Below the pieces are notes generated by a model. That model did no database searches. It was not told the DNA's origin and saw nothing but the letters and a program-made list of their open reading frames with translations. A program made the position numbers and the translations under genes. A stretch of DNA of 64,000 nt from an uncultured cyanobacterium (GTDB taxonomy: Bacteria; Cyanobacteriota; Cyanobacteriia; Cyanobacteriales; Nostocaceae): contig CAVUDP010000002.1 of NCBI GenBank assembly GCA_963740315.1, forward strand, positions 2,880,001 to 2,944,000, given 5' to 3'. Below are positions 20,156 to 31,314 of the stretch, piece by piece (position 1 is the first letter of the stretch; each line of letters begins with the position of its first letter).

Positions 20156-20395
20156 ATGGGGAGATGGGGAGATGGGGGGATGGGGAGATGGGGGGATGGG
20201 GAGATGGGGGAGATGGGGGAGATGGGGAGATGGGGAGATGGGGGAGATGGGGAGATGGGGGTAGTTAAATAGCGAGCTTTCCGGCGATCGCTACTCCTAA
20301 TTCCTAACTCCTAATTCCTAATTCCTAATTCCCAACTCCTAATTCCTAATTCCTAATTCCCAACTCCTAATTCCTAATTCCTAACTCCTAACTAT
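20156..20395. repeat. STRR arrays (GGGGAGAT; CTCCTAA/TTCCTAA)
   Basis: Long tandem arrays visible directly. Confidence 0.92.
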
Positions 20396-20659
20396 TAACT
20401 CTTCCCTATATCAAAAAGGTACCTGCTTGGGTACTTTGCATTAAAAGTAATTTTTTTAAAATAGATACATAACTAACCTTCTATTTTAGATTTTATATGA
20501 AATTGTGCCTCTTTTGGATTGGAAAAATCTAAAATCCAAACGCATCCGTTGTTAAAATCTAAAATCTAAACTTAATTTGAGCGTAAGCGAATTTTAGGAA
20601 CACTGCTATTAAAAGGCATGATCGCGCAGTTTTTATTTGTTTATAGGAGAAATTTAATC

Positions 20660-21148
20660 ATGGAAAATGGAAATCTTGGCTTTATTTTAAAGATGGCTCA
20701 AACGATAAATCCTCAGATATATCCAGAGCGAGAATTAAATATTAATTTGGAAGAATTACGTCAGCTTCCTGAAGGTACATTAGGCAGAGAAGTAGCCTAT
20801 TTTTTGGATGAAAATGGCTTTGAACCGCTAAACACTGGAGACTGGATACAGCGAACTCATGATGTTTGGCACGTTGTTACCGGACTTTCTCCTTCTAAAA
20901 ACGATGAATTTATATTGCAAGCTTTTACTCGTTCTCAAGTTTTTCGCCCATCTAGCGCCATACTTGTATTAGCTGGTTTACTAATGCACAAATGTAATTT
21001 ACCAGAAATTATTTATGTGATTAAAAATGGCAAAATGGCGAATAAGTTAGTTGATTGGGATATTGAATCCGACTGGGCTACTCCTTTAGATGAAGTCAGA
21101 AAAAAATTAGCTGTTATACCGTTAAAAAGAGTTGGTACTTATGAGTGA
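20660..21148 (+). CDS. Coq4-like protein
   Basis: LEELRQLPEGTLGREVA and HDVWHVVTG...E metal-binding motif; AGGAG RBS before ATG 20660. Confidence 0.75.
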   Translation: MENGNLGFILKMAQTINPQIYPERELNINLEELRQLPEGTLGREVAYFLDENGFEPLNTGDWIQRTHDVWHVVTGLSPSKNDEFILQAFTRSQVFRPSSAILVLAGLLMHKCNLPEIIYVIKNGKMANKLVDWDIESDWATPLDEVRKKLAVIPLKRVGTYE

Positions 21149-21276
21149 TGAGTTATGAGTTATTATCTGATACATTGCAAGCATTGATTAAAAAACATAT
21201 TTGCAAGTGGACGTATAAGACGAAAATTATTGATATAACTCATAATTCATCATCCCTAATTCTAAGCGATCGCTGT

Positions 21277-21909
21277 TCATTGTTCATTGATAACTACCTC
21301 CTGTTGCTTGGCGTAAATATTCTTTAGATGTTTTTTGACTGTATTGATAGTAATATAAAGTTCCTCTGCAATCTCTTGGTAAGAATAATTAGCTCGACGC
21401 AACAACCAAACTTCGGATTCTCGTTCGGTTAAACCGTATTTTTTAGCTTCTGAAATTGCCATGATTTGATTAGTTTGTTGGCGATCTTCTAAGGTAACTA
21501 ATAAGTAATCATCATTGCTTTCATTTGCCTGCAACCATCTAGCGCGAACCCGTATTGTGACTTTTGTATATGTCTCAATTTCTGACTCAATAGATATGTT
21601 TTGATTGGGGAATAGTTGACGGCTTTCGATTAAAGATTGACAAACGCGCCGAATTTCTTTGGGAACTCTATCTTCATTAATCCCTTCGCTTAATTGTTGA
21701 CAAATATTACGTGCGCGATCGTTAGCATGAACTAATTCTCCTTGTCTCGTCAGGATGAAAATCCCGTCAACAAAGCTTTCAATTACAGCTTGCATCAAAT
21801 AAAGTTTGGATGCAGGCTGTTTTTTTTCAGCTTTTGTTTTTTTGGTGTAAAATATACTTCCTGGGGTAGATGCAATTTTTTGGTACTGCTCTAATAGTGA
21901 AAGACTCAT
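21277..21909 (-). CDS. PAS-like + LuxR-type HTH transcriptional regulator
   Basis: IESFVDGIFILTRQGELVHAN PAS-like start; GLTERESEVW...SYQEIAEELYITINTVKKHLKNIYAK. Confidence 0.9.
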   Translation of the reverse strand: MSLSLLEQYQKIASTPGSIFYTKKTKAEKKQPASKLYLMQAVIESFVDGIFILTRQGELVHANDRARNICQQLSEGINEDRVPKEIRRVCQSLIESRQLFPNQNISIESEIETYTKVTIRVRARWLQANESNDDYLLVTLEDRQQTNQIMAISEAKKYGLTERESEVWLLRRANYSYQEIAEELYITINTVKKHLKNIYAKQQEVVINEQ

Positions 21910-22167
21910 AATTTATCTCCTTAAAAATAGTCAAAAATAAACTTCAATCAAGCTAATAGCAGCATTGTTATGGTTGGGGTTCTGCATTGGCAATGATTGA
22001 GCCGCAACCTTAGAAAAAACATTGAACTCAGTGAAGGTACAGTGATATTTGGAGAATTTGCCTGAAGTGGGGTGAAGTTTTTCTTAAGTTAAGTAATACA
22101 GCACCGTCAAGGGATTGATAATGGCTGTATTGCATTAAATGAGAATAATTCACACAGGAGTTCCGCC

Positions 22168-23202
22168 GTGAAGGATTTGGTTTGTATCGATCGATGGTTT
22201 TGTGTCGAACATCAGCGCAGGTATGTTTCTCTTTTGAAAGGAAAAGTAGGTTTGACGCGCCGTCGATCTGAATGTTTTGTGAAGTTATGGGCGTATTTAC
22301 TGTTAAAGCAGCAGCAACAGTTGGGAAATATTCTGAAAGAACCTTTAACGGAACTTGATTTACCTGAAGGTTTTGTTGCTTGTACTCACCGAGAAGCTAA
22401 CGAACTGTTTTACGCCGAAGAAGACAGGGGAAGCGAACGTGCTGCGGGAATGATGATTGATAAGTTAGTGGCTTTGGGACTGATTGAAAAGGAATTCGAT
22501 GGCAACAATATATGTATTCGTATTTGCTCTTCATTGCCAGATATTGATGAATCTAACCAAGTTGTACAACCAGTAGAACTTGTCACCGATAGCTTTAACC
22601 CCCGCACTGACGCTATACCATCTGCGACTTTTTTAGCCCGTAACTACGATTGGATGAATAAAAAAAATACGGCGGCACCTCAGAAAATAGCTAGAAAATT
22701 GCGTACCTGGGCTAAACATTATTCAAAAGGAATGAGGGTTTTGCGTCGCTGCGATACTCAAGATCCTGTTGGTGTTTGCATTCTTTATCCTGTAGCTTCC
22801 GAATCCGAGGAGAATTTTTTTCTACCTCCGAGTAAAAGTCTGCATCTGAGTACTGCCAGCCAAACCGATCCCTTTAATATGCCAAAACCGGGAGATGAGG
22901 ATTGTACTTCTGTTTTTATCCGCAGTTTTCTAATAGATCCAACCTATCAGCAGCACCATACTCTATGTCAATTATTAAAGGATGCCCAACAAACTTTAAT
23001 TAAAATGCAAGCGGATTTTCCCAATCTTTGCGATTTATATAGCTTGACGATCCATCCATATGCTCAAAATCTAGGATTAGCATTGGGTTTTCAGAAAACT
23101 AATCAAGATCCACAAATATCTATTTATTGGATGTACATGGCGTTGGACAACTATCTCGCACTCGATATTGAACAAGCTATATCAAATCTTAAGCTCGATT
23201 AA
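22168..23202 (+). CDS. Hypothetical protein, possible winged-helix N-terminus and GNAT-like C-terminus
   Basis: 344-aa ORF with CAGGAG RBS; GSERAAGMMIDKLVALGLIEKEFDG; VFIRSFLIDPTYQ...ALGFQK. Confidence 0.75.
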   Translation: MKDLVCIDRWFCVEHQRRYVSLLKGKVGLTRRRSECFVKLWAYLLLKQQQQLGNILKEPLTELDLPEGFVACTHREANELFYAEEDRGSERAAGMMIDKLVALGLIEKEFDGNNICIRICSSLPDIDESNQVVQPVELVTDSFNPRTDAIPSATFLARNYDWMNKKNTAAPQKIARKLRTWAKHYSKGMRVLRRCDTQDPVGVCILYPVASESEENFFLPPSKSLHLSTASQTDPFNMPKPGDEDCTSVFIRSFLIDPTYQQHHTLCQLLKDAQQTLIKMQADFPNLCDLYSLTIHPYAQNLGLALGFQKTNQDPQISIYWMYMALDNYLALDIEQAISNLKLD

Positions 23203-23345
23203 TGCAGCTACTCTCTAATATATGAATTTAATTTATGAAAATTTCTTTTTTTTGCGGATTAGCTGTATTTATTGTCGCGCAGGCTTTTCAGGCAATGCTT
23301 TTACCGATTTTTGCAGCATTCAATACACTTTTTTTCTGAAAAGGC

Positions 23346-23374
23346 TTTACAAACCGAAATATTTAGTTTAGTAT
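23346..23374 (+). promoter_or_regulatory. Putative sigma70-type psbA promoter
   Basis: TTTACA - 17 nt - TAGTAT, about 60 nt upstream of the psbA ATG. Confidence 0.7.
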
Positions 23375-23435
23375 AAGTACATAGGTTGAAAAGCCTACTT
23401 AATAAATCATTCATTTGATAGCAATTATCTGAACC

Positions 23436-24518
23436 ATGACAACCACATTACAAAGACGCGAGAGCGCATCTGCTTGGGAGCAGTTTTGTGGGTGGATCAC
23501 CAGCACAAACAATCGTTTATACATCGGTTGGTTTGGAATGTTGATGATTCCTACCCTTCTAGCTGCTACCACCTGTTTCATCATCGCTTTTGTTGCAGCT
23601 CCGCCTGTTGACATCGATGGTATCCGCGAGCCTGTTGCAGGTTCGTTGATCTACGGAAACAACATCATTTCCGGTGCTGTTGTACCTTCTTCTAACGCTA
23701 TTGGTTTGCACTTCTACCCAATCTGGGAAGCTGCTTCCTTAGATGAGTGGTTGTACAACGGTGGTCCTTACCAGTTGGTAGTATTCCACTTCTTAATTGG
23801 AGTATTTTGTTACTTAGGTCGCGAGTGGGAACTTTCCTACCGCTTGGGTATGCGTCCTTGGATCTGTGTTGCATTTTCTGCTCCAGTAGCAGCAGCAACC
23901 GCAGTATTCTTGATCTACCCCATTGGACAAGGTTCTTTCTCTGACGGTATGCCTTTGGGTATCTCCGGTACCTTCAACTTCATGTTCGTGTTCCAAGCTG
24001 AACACAACATCTTGATGCACCCCTTCCACCAGTTAGGTGTTGCAGCAGTATTTGGCGGTTCCTTGTTCAGTGCAATGCACGGTTCTTTGGTAACAAGTAG
24101 CTTAGTACGTGAAACAACCGAAACCGAATCACAGAACTACGGTTACAAGTTCGGTCAAGAAGAAGAAACTTACAACATCGTAGCTGCACACGGTTACTTT
24201 GGTCGTTTGATTTTCCAATATGCGAGCTTCAACAACAGCCGTAGCTTGCACTTCTTCTTAGCAGCATGGCCCGTTGTAGGAATCTGGTTTACCGCTTTGG
24301 GAATCAGCACAATGGCATTCAACTTGAACGGTTTCAACTTCAACCAGTCTGTAATCGACTCCAGTGGTCGTGTAATTAACACCTGGGCTGATGTATTGAA
24401 CCGCGCTAACTTGGGTATGGAAGTAATGCACGAGCGCAACGCTCACAACTTCCCACTTGATTTAGCTGCACTTGAATCTGCACCTGTTGCAGTCAGCGCT
24501 CCCGCAATCAACGGTTAA
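23436..24518 (+). CDS. psbA: Photosystem II D1 protein (standard form, Glu130)
   Basis: 360-aa D1; Mn-cluster ligand motifs [23 protein letters not shown] present; GREWELS. Confidence 0.99.
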   Translation: MTTTLQRRESASAWEQFCGWITSTNNRLYIGWFGMLMIPTLLAATTCFIIAFVAAPPVDIDGIREPVAGSLIYGNNIISGAVVPSSNAIGLHFYPIWEAASLDEWLYNGGPYQLVVFHFLIGVFCYLGREWELSYRLGMRPWICVAFSAPVAAATAVFLIYPIGQGSFSDGMPLGISGTFNFMFVFQAEHNILMHPFHQLGVAAVFGGSLFSAMHGSLVTSSLVRETTETESQNYGYKFGQEEETYNIVAAHGYFGRLIFQYASFNNSRSLHFFLAAWPVVGIWFTALGISTMAFNLNGFNFNQSVIDSSGRVINTWADVLNRANLGMEVMHERNAHNFPLDLAALESAPVAVSAPAING

Positions 24519-24564
24519 AAATTAAATAATTGGAGACGTAATGTATTACGTCTCTACAATAAAT

Positions 24565-24600
24565 AAAAAGCGCCTTCCTATTATGGGAGGGCGCTTTTTT
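24565..24600 (+). terminator. Intrinsic terminator of psbA
   Basis: AAAAAGCGCCTTCC-TATTATG-GGAGGGCGCTTTTT. Confidence 0.9.
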
Positions 24601-24766
24601 GCTGTGGGGATATGATTGGACGGGCTTCCAGCCCATCCCACAAGAGTTTTGAAGGTTTTAGCGATTAAAGTGAGAATCAAAAAAATTCTGATAGTGCAGT
24701 TACAACATAAAATTTACAACAGAAAACGAACCATTATCGATTATTTGTATTTTAAGGATATTACTT

Positions 24767-25006
24767 ATGAGTGAATTAGCGACTCAAATACCTACAAGCA
24801 CCGTGATATCAATGTTAAATGCAATCAACGATGAAAAATACCCTGAGTTTAAGAAGCTAGAGTTAGAATTGGTAGAAAATTACGGTGTTGAAACGTGGGA
24901 AGATGTTTTCAACTTTCGGGTAATGCCAGCGTTGAGTAAAATTTCTAAACAATGGCTGTTAATTCAAAAGTGCAGTAAAGGTTATACAGTTAGGGAAGTG
25001 GTATGA
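24767..25006 (+). CDS. Small hypothetical protein
   Basis: 79-aa ORF with AAGGA RBS and protein-like composition. Confidence 0.65.
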   Translation: MSELATQIPTSTVISMLNAINDEKYPEFKKLELELVENYGVETWEDVFNFRVMPALSKISKQWLLIQKCSKGYTVREVV

Positions 25007-25060
25007 GGTAGTTATTTAAAGCAAAATCTTTTAAGCTAGTGTTAAAAGAAAGAATAAAAC

Positions 25061-25420
25061 TTATTCCTCATATTCCTGAAACTTTTCAATAACCAACTGA
25101 ATTTCCTCTGCTGCGACATCAGTTTGGTCAAGCTTGGAATAAATTAATAATAAAATGACACTTGTTGGTGATTCTAATTGGTAGATGAGACGATAACCAC
25201 CGCTTTTACCTTTTTGTATATCACTATTGCGGACTCGTACTTTAAAAACAGTATAACCAGTTCCAGGTATTTGGTTGCCTAAACAATCTCCAGTTTGTAA
25301 TTGTTCAATAATTGGTTGAATATCAGACTAAATATGACGACATTTTTTGGATAAAGTACGTAGCCGCTGCTTAAATTCATCTGTAAAATTAACTTCAACT
25401 GAAGGTGGTTCACTCTGCAT
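25061..25420 (-). pseudogene. RelE/ParE-family toxin with in-frame amber stop
   Basis: MQSEPPSVEVNFTDEFKQRLRTLSKKCRHI*SDIQPIIEQLQTG...VFKVRVRNSDIQKGKSGGYRLIY...LIYSK; TAG at 25328-25330; start overlaps antitoxin end. Confidence 0.85.
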
Positions 25421-25652
25421 CAATGTCATCCCACAGTTCTGAAACAGGTTTAGTTTTTCCTTCAGAAGCTTGTTGCAGCGAGATTTGAAGTCTTTCTAAA
25501 ACTAATTCTTTTGGTTCATCATCTTCATCTATATCTGCTTCTGGAAATAAAACAATTACTTTGACACGGCTTGATGTATTAACCGTAAGTGGTTCGTCTA
25601 AAAACAATTGACCGTTTCGATCGACAGTTCCCATTATTTCTTGTGCTTTCAT
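25410..25652 (-). CDS. Putative antitoxin of the RelE-type pair
   Basis: 80-aa acidic protein ending LQQASEGKTKPVSELWDDI, overlapping the toxin start. Confidence 0.8.
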   Translation of the reverse strand: MKAQEIMGTVDRNGQLFLDEPLTVNTSSRVKVIVLFPEADIDEDDEPKELVLERLQISLQQASEGKTKPVSELWDDIDAE

Positions 25653-25697
25653 AATTTATTATTGTAATACCTATGTTTCTTGATTCTAATTCTAAAA

Positions 25698-25746
25698 CTG
25701 GCGGTTGAAACCGCGTCTACACAAGCAAAGTCCGCCTGCGCGGACT
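25698..25746. repeat. REP-like double hairpin (related copies at ~16955-16986 and 33857-33905)
   Basis: GGCGGTTGAAACCGCGTCTACAC...AGTCCGCCTGCGCGGACT. Confidence 0.7.
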
Positions 25747-25904
25747 AAATATACAGCATCGATCATCTAAAAAATCTGCATAAATATCAAAGTCATATCC
25801 CTAGTAATAGTCAAAGTAAAAATATATTCTTGTTATATGTGTCTTTGAAAACATAACAAGACATTACCTAAAGTACATAGTCTGGAAATCTCTGCAACAT
25901 CATC

Positions 25905-26993
25905 ATGGGTAACACTTTCGGTCATTTATTTCGCGTTACTACTTTCGGCGAATCCCACGGTGGTGGTGTGGGAGTCATAATTGATGGTTGTCCGCCACAA
26001 CTGGAAATTTCCGCTGAAGAAATTCAAGTAGAATTAGATAGACGGCGACCTGGACAAAGTAAAATTACTACACCTCGTAAAGAAGCCGATCGCTGTGAAA
26101 TTCTTTCGGGGGTGTTTCAGGGACAAACTTTGGGTACGCCAATTTCAATTTTGGTCAAAAATAAAGATACTCGTCCCCAAGATTACAGCGAGATGGTGCA
26201 AATGTACCGCCCTTCCCACGCTGACGCTACTTATGATGCAAAATACGGCATTCGTAACTATCAAGGTGGTGGTAGATCCTCGGCACGAGAGACAATTGGT
26301 AGAGTTGCAGCAGGTGCGATCGCCAAAAAAATTCTTCACAAAGTCGCTGGTGTGGAAATCATCGGTTACGTCAAGCGCATCAAGGATTTGGAAGGCGAAG
26401 TTGATGCAGAAAAAGTTACTTTAGAACAAGTTGAAAGCAATATCGTCCGCTGCCCCGATGCTGAATGTGCGGAACGGATGATTGAATTAATTGAGCAAGT
26501 TGGTAGAGATGGTAATTCTATCGGTGGGGTAGTGGAATGCGTAGCGCGGAAAGTTCCCAAAGGATTGGGTGAGCCGGTTTTTGATAAATTGGAAGCCGAT
26601 ATTGCTAAAGGTGTAATGTCTCTTCCTGCAAGTAAAGGCTTTGAAATTGGTTCTGGTTTCGCAGGTACTTTGCTTACCGGAATCGAGCATAACGATGAAT
26701 TTTATACCGATGATGAAGGTAATATTCGCACCGTCACAAATCGTTCCGGCGGTATTCAAGGTGGAATATCTAATGGTGAAAATATTATAATTCGCGTAGC
26801 ATTCAAGCCCACGGCAACTATTAGGAAAGAACAGAATACAGTTACTAAAACGGGTGATGCTGGAGTTTTAGCGGCAAAAGGGAGACACGATCCTTGCGTA
26901 TTACCACGGGCAGTTCCGATGGTAGAAGCGATGGTTGCTTTAGTGTTGTGCGACCATTTATTGAGATTTCAGGGGCAGTGTAAAGTTTTATAA
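25905..26993 (+). CDS. aroC: Chorismate synthase
   Basis: [41 protein letters not shown]. Confidence 0.98.
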   Translation: MGNTFGHLFRVTTFGESHGGGVGVIIDGCPPQLEISAEEIQVELDRRRPGQSKITTPRKEADRCEILSGVFQGQTLGTPISILVKNKDTRPQDYSEMVQMYRPSHADATYDAKYGIRNYQGGGRSSARETIGRVAAGAIAKKILHKVAGVEIIGYVKRIKDLEGEVDAEKVTLEQVESNIVRCPDAECAERMIELIEQVGRDGNSIGGVVECVARKVPKGLGEPVFDKLEADIAKGVMSLPASKGFEIGSGFAGTLLTGIEHNDEFYTDDEGNIRTVTNRSGGIQGGISNGENIIIRVAFKPTATIRKEQNTVTKTGDAGVLAAKGRHDPCVLPRAVPMVEAMVALVLCDHLLRFQGQCKVL

Positions 26994-27002
26994 ATAATAC
27001 TG

Positions 27003-27078
27003 GTTCGTAGTAAGGACTTTAGTCCTCTTCTTAAACGAAGATATTACTTAAGAGAGCGATAAATCGCTTACTACGAAC
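27003..27078. repeat. GTAG-type palindromic dispersed element
   Basis: GTTCGTAGTAAG...CTTACTACGAAC inverted ends; same family as the unit at 45185-45253. Confidence 0.8.
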
Positions 27079-28150
27079 AAAGAATTTCTTCCTTAATTTC
27101 TTCAGGTGTTTTTCCTTTAGTATAAATTACCTGTTTCGCTAACTTTTGATTTGAAGGATGAGTCATGACAAAACGGTTTATTTCTACACCATTAATTGTA
27201 AGCTGACTTCGCTTTTTCAAAATCTCAACGGACTCATCCAAATCTGACGAAGGTAACAGTAACACTACATTTTCATAAGGAGAAAGTAATTCACGAGCGC
27301 GAGCAAAATCGGCATCATCTTCATATACAGAATGTCCCGCTCCAAAATCAATTATGCAATTATTGTATTCTGACAAAAGACGTTCAATTCCATAAAGTTC
27401 AAATCGCTTCCAATAGCGGTATCCTGCAAACCGTTCTTGCTCGCGTATTTTTCTTTGTGTATCGGCTTCCCAGCCAATTTCTTTGTAATATTTCCACTTA
27501 ATTTCATCCATAGAAGCTTGGGGAAGATTTAGCTTTTGCGATAAGAGTTTGCCAATTGTGCTTTTACCCGTACCCATCGGACCAATTAAAATAATATCAG
27601 AATCCCTGGGATTAATTTTGTTGAGAACATCATCGCAAATTTGCTCTGGTGTTTTATCTTTTGTGTAAACAACATACTTTGCTAAATCGTGATTGCAATG
27701 ATGTTTAACAAAATGTTCGTTTATTTCCATTCCGTTAACAATTGCGCGATTACTTTCTTCAAATACTCTTAATGATTCTTCTGTATCGGGAGAATACAAA
27801 AGCAAAATAACATGAGTTAATGGTTGTAGAATTTTCTTAATCTTTTCTAATTGAGAATCATCATATACAGATTGTTCGGCAGTAAATTCGATTACAGATT
27901 CTCGATATTCGGACAAAGCTCGCTCAATCGCATAAGCATTAAAGGGCATCATGTAGCGATAAAAACCATCAGCACCGTTTTCTTCCCAAGCTTGTTCTTG
28001 CTGTGTTCGATTAAAACCTATTTCCAGATAATATTTCTCGCTAATATCTTCTAAGAAAACAAAAGGTAAATTTAGTTGCTCTGCTAATAACTTTCCTACA
28101 GAGATTTTATATGTATTTGATGAACCTATAAGTACAATTGGTAAATTCAT
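27071..28150 (-). CDS. Protein with two tandem shikimate-kinase-like P-loop domains
   Basis: Domain 1 LIGSSNTYKISVG...VYTKDKTPEQI; domain 2 LIGPMGTGKSTIG...DFGAGHSVY...IYTKGKTPEEI. Confidence 0.8.
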   Translation of the reverse strand: MNLPIVLIGSSNTYKISVGKLLAEQLNLPFVFLEDISEKYYLEIGFNRTQQEQAWEENGADGFYRYMMPFNAYAIERALSEYRESVIEFTAEQSVYDDSQLEKIKKILQPLTHVILLLYSPDTEESLRVFEESNRAIVNGMEINEHFVKHHCNHDLAKYVVYTKDKTPEQICDDVLNKINPRDSDIILIGPMGTGKSTIGKLLSQKLNLPQASMDEIKWKYYKEIGWEADTQRKIREQERFAGYRYWKRFELYGIERLLSEYNNCIIDFGAGHSVYEDDADFARARELLSPYENVVLLLPSSDLDESVEILKKRSQLTINGVEINRFVMTHPSNQKLAKQVIYTKGKTPEEIKEEILCS

Positions 28151-28220
28151 TACTTAAATACCTTTTAATCGGACACAAAAATTTTTGATAATAAATTGAA
28201 TATTGTACCAAAGTAGCATT

Positions 28221-28601
28221 ATGGATAATAACTCACCCAAACTCAAAAATCTCAGCCCCTTAATTCCTGCTGGTAAAGATGTCGAAAAATCCATCGAATT
28301 CTACGAAAAGTTGGATTTTACAACAACTCATACAGAAGGTAAACCCCTAAAAATGGCGATTGTTGAACGGGATGAAATACAAATTTTTCTAGTTCAAAAT
28401 GAAGACAAACATCTTGCTAAGGGGACATCTCTTCGGATTCGGGTTGAGGGGTTAGAACAGCTTTATGAAGAATTTTTAGCCAAGGGGGAAGATATAATTC
28501 ATCCGAATGGGGAATTAGAAACCAAACCTTGGGGTTGCAAAGAGTTTGTAATTTTGGATAAAGCAGGTGTTTGTATTACTTTCTATGACTTTGTGGGGTA
28601 A
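28221..28601 (+). CDS. VOC/glyoxalase-bleomycin resistance family protein
   Basis: DVEKSIEFYEKLDF; KPWGCKEFVILDKAG. Confidence 0.85.
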   Translation: MDNNSPKLKNLSPLIPAGKDVEKSIEFYEKLDFTTTHTEGKPLKMAIVERDEIQIFLVQNEDKHLAKGTSLRIRVEGLEQLYEEFLAKGEDIIHPNGELETKPWGCKEFVILDKAGVCITFYDFVG

Positions 28602-30021
28602 AACTCAGCACAATATTATTTAATTACTCTGCTTCCCCAATCAGCGTAAAAGCCGCCCAATCCTTTGGTGCGGGATGCTGCTTCATGGTAGTCAACATCG
28701 CTTGACGTAATGCAGTAGCTTTATCGGGATTATTGCTGAGATTTTGGTAAAACTCAGTCATTAATGATGCAGTTGGCGCATCCGGAACCGACCACAGAGA
28801 CACCAATACACTCGGAACACCCGCACTGATAAAAGAACGGGATAAACCAACCACACCATCACCTGTAATCTTTCCCCTGCCTGTATCGCAGGCACTTAAT
28901 ACCACCAAATCCGCATTTAATTTTAAATCAAAAATTTCCCCAGCAGTGAGTAAACCATCATCTTGACCAGATGGAGTTAAAGCGATACCGCTATTTAAAC
29001 CTTGAATATCATCAAATATCCCGTGAGTAGCTAGATGAATAATTCGCGCTTGCGGTAATCGTTTTACCACTGCGCTTTCCGTAGCTTGACTACCGATGAG
29101 GGGTTTGGTTTTGAGCAAAGAAGCAATAGCTTTTGCTTCGGTTTCCGCACCGGGTAAAGGTGGTAATTGCTGCGGTGGTTCGCCAATTTTGGGGGGTACT
29201 TTCGGCATTTGAGGATTACCGACAATTAAATTTTCTGTCCCTGTATTGTTGCGCTGTTGTCGGGTTAAATTCAACACCTGAATCGACGGGGAAGTGAGAA
29301 TCGTATGCTTTTCAATCAGGTATTTACCGTTTTCATCTCGTAAAGCTGGGAAGGGAACAAGCAATAAAGAACTTTGCGGAATAAAAATAACCCTAGCGCT
29401 AGAGTTTTTCGGTAAAACATCAGCAATGGGTTTAATTAATAGTTGGTGTAACCGCTTTAAATTATTTTGTGCTTTACCTGCATCGGGATTGTAAGATACA
29501 TCAATACCGCGCCCTCTAGCACCAATTGATTCGCGACTGGTAATTACAAGTTCGGCTAAATTAGTATTTTCTTTTTGCCACAGGGGTTTTAAGTCGGCTT
29601 TGCGAAACGTGACTTCACCCGTGGGTTTAACTACCCAAATATATAGTTCTGATTCTTTAGCTTGTTGTTTACCTGCGATTTTGAAATCATCGTAAATTAT
29701 TGAATATTGGACTAAAGTTGCATTTTGAGCATTAGCAATTTGCTTAATCTTTTCAACTGTTGGCGCTTGTGGCTTTTCTTGGAGATTTAAACGAGATGCA
29801 AGTAATTCAACAAACGCTCTAGCCCTTCCTCTTTCGGCAATTTCTAAAGCAGTATCGGTTTTGTTTTGGGCAATGAGGGCTTTTTGTAAAGTACGGTAAG
29901 TAGTTAATTGTGTATCAAAGAATGTTACTTTGTTAGCATCATTTAATCCACCCCGTAGAGATTCTAAAACTTGAATCCCTTCAAACAGCGTTGATTCTGC
30001 TGCGGATAATTTACCGGATTT

Positions 30022-31314
30022 TTGACATACTCCTCAACCTGAAGGTACGAGGATTCTGGAATCAATCAGCAATCTTCTTAGTCGAAACCTTGACTGACAT
30101 CACCTAGCCCAAGAGAAGATGTCCCTTCTCTTAAAATATTTACCGCTGCTCCAATATCTCTATGTTGTTCCTGATGACATTGAGAACATCGCCACCATCT
30201 ATCTTCTATTTTTAAATCTTTGTGGATGTAACCACAATAATTACAAGTTTTAGAACTAGGATACCATCTGCTTACAAAGCCTACAAACTTTCCTTTTTTA
30301 GAAGCTACACAATTTAGTATTTCTAAAAATGTTTTCATAGCTAAATCTGAAACTTTATGACCCCAAAGGCGTTTCATTCCTTCTAAATTTAAATCTTCAA
30401 AGAATAAATGGTCATATGTATTGCATAGCTGATGGGCTAGTTTCCAAAATAAATCATGCCGTTTATTAACTATTCTTTGGTGTAGTTTAGCTAAACTAAA
30501 CAAGGCTTTCTTCCAATTATTAGAACCATTCTTTTTAAAAGATAACTTCTTGCTTAATTTTTGTATTAGCTTAGAAGCTTTACGCATTAATAGCGGTGCA
30601 TGATATTCTTTCCCCATTGAATCAGTTAAAAAAGTTTTTAAACCAAAATCGAAACCCGCGCTTTTACCCGTCGCAATCAAGACTGTTTCTGGTTTAAAAT
30701 CAGTTACTACATAAATGTACATATCTCCTGTTGGAGAACGCTTAACTGTAAGGGTTTTAATCTTCCCTTCAATGTCTCTTGATTTGTGAAACTTATATTT
30801 GTACTTACCTATTTTAATTTGATTAGAGTCTAATATTTTGTAGCCAGCTTGCTTAAGAGTGAAAGACTTATACTTTTTAGATTTACAGAATGAAGGAGGA
30901 CGTACACCACGTTTATGATATTTAAAAAATAGTTGATAAGCTTTATCTACTCTGTCACAAATATCTTGTACTGCTTGACTACCTACTAATTGCCAATATT
31001 CAATCCTATTTCTAAGTTTTGCTATATGCTTCATCAATCTAAACTTATTCAAATGTTTCTTAAACATCGAATAATATCTTTTATGAATTGCAATGAGCGT
31101 GATTATAGATAGAAGCTGAAGCATTAATACTTCGTTTTAGATATCTATTCCTTCTATTCTGATATAACTTAAATTTGTATGTTTTCACAACTTCGACCCA
31201 GTTGACTAATTCCTCTAATATACAATTTATGCTTTTGTAGAAATATAAAGTTTTTCTGTATATTTAATAATATTGTCGTCCTAAAAGGACGGGGCTTTAA
31301 ACCCACTATTTTCG
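30022..31314 (-). mobile_element. IS200/IS605-family (IS1341-like, tnpB only) element
   Basis: Inserted 3' of TTAC (31315-31318); left-end hairpin GTCC-TTTTA-GGAC; right-end hairpin followed by TGTCAA; no target duplication. Confidence 0.9.
30078..31188 (-). pseudogene. tnpB: TnpB with +1 frameshift near codon 31
   Basis: GTG start (M)KTYKFKLYQNRRNRYLKRSINASASIYNHA, then frame change to IAIHKRYY...; RuvC GFDFGLK, FEDLN, HRDIGAAVNI; Zn finger CNYC..CSQC. Confidence 0.85.
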
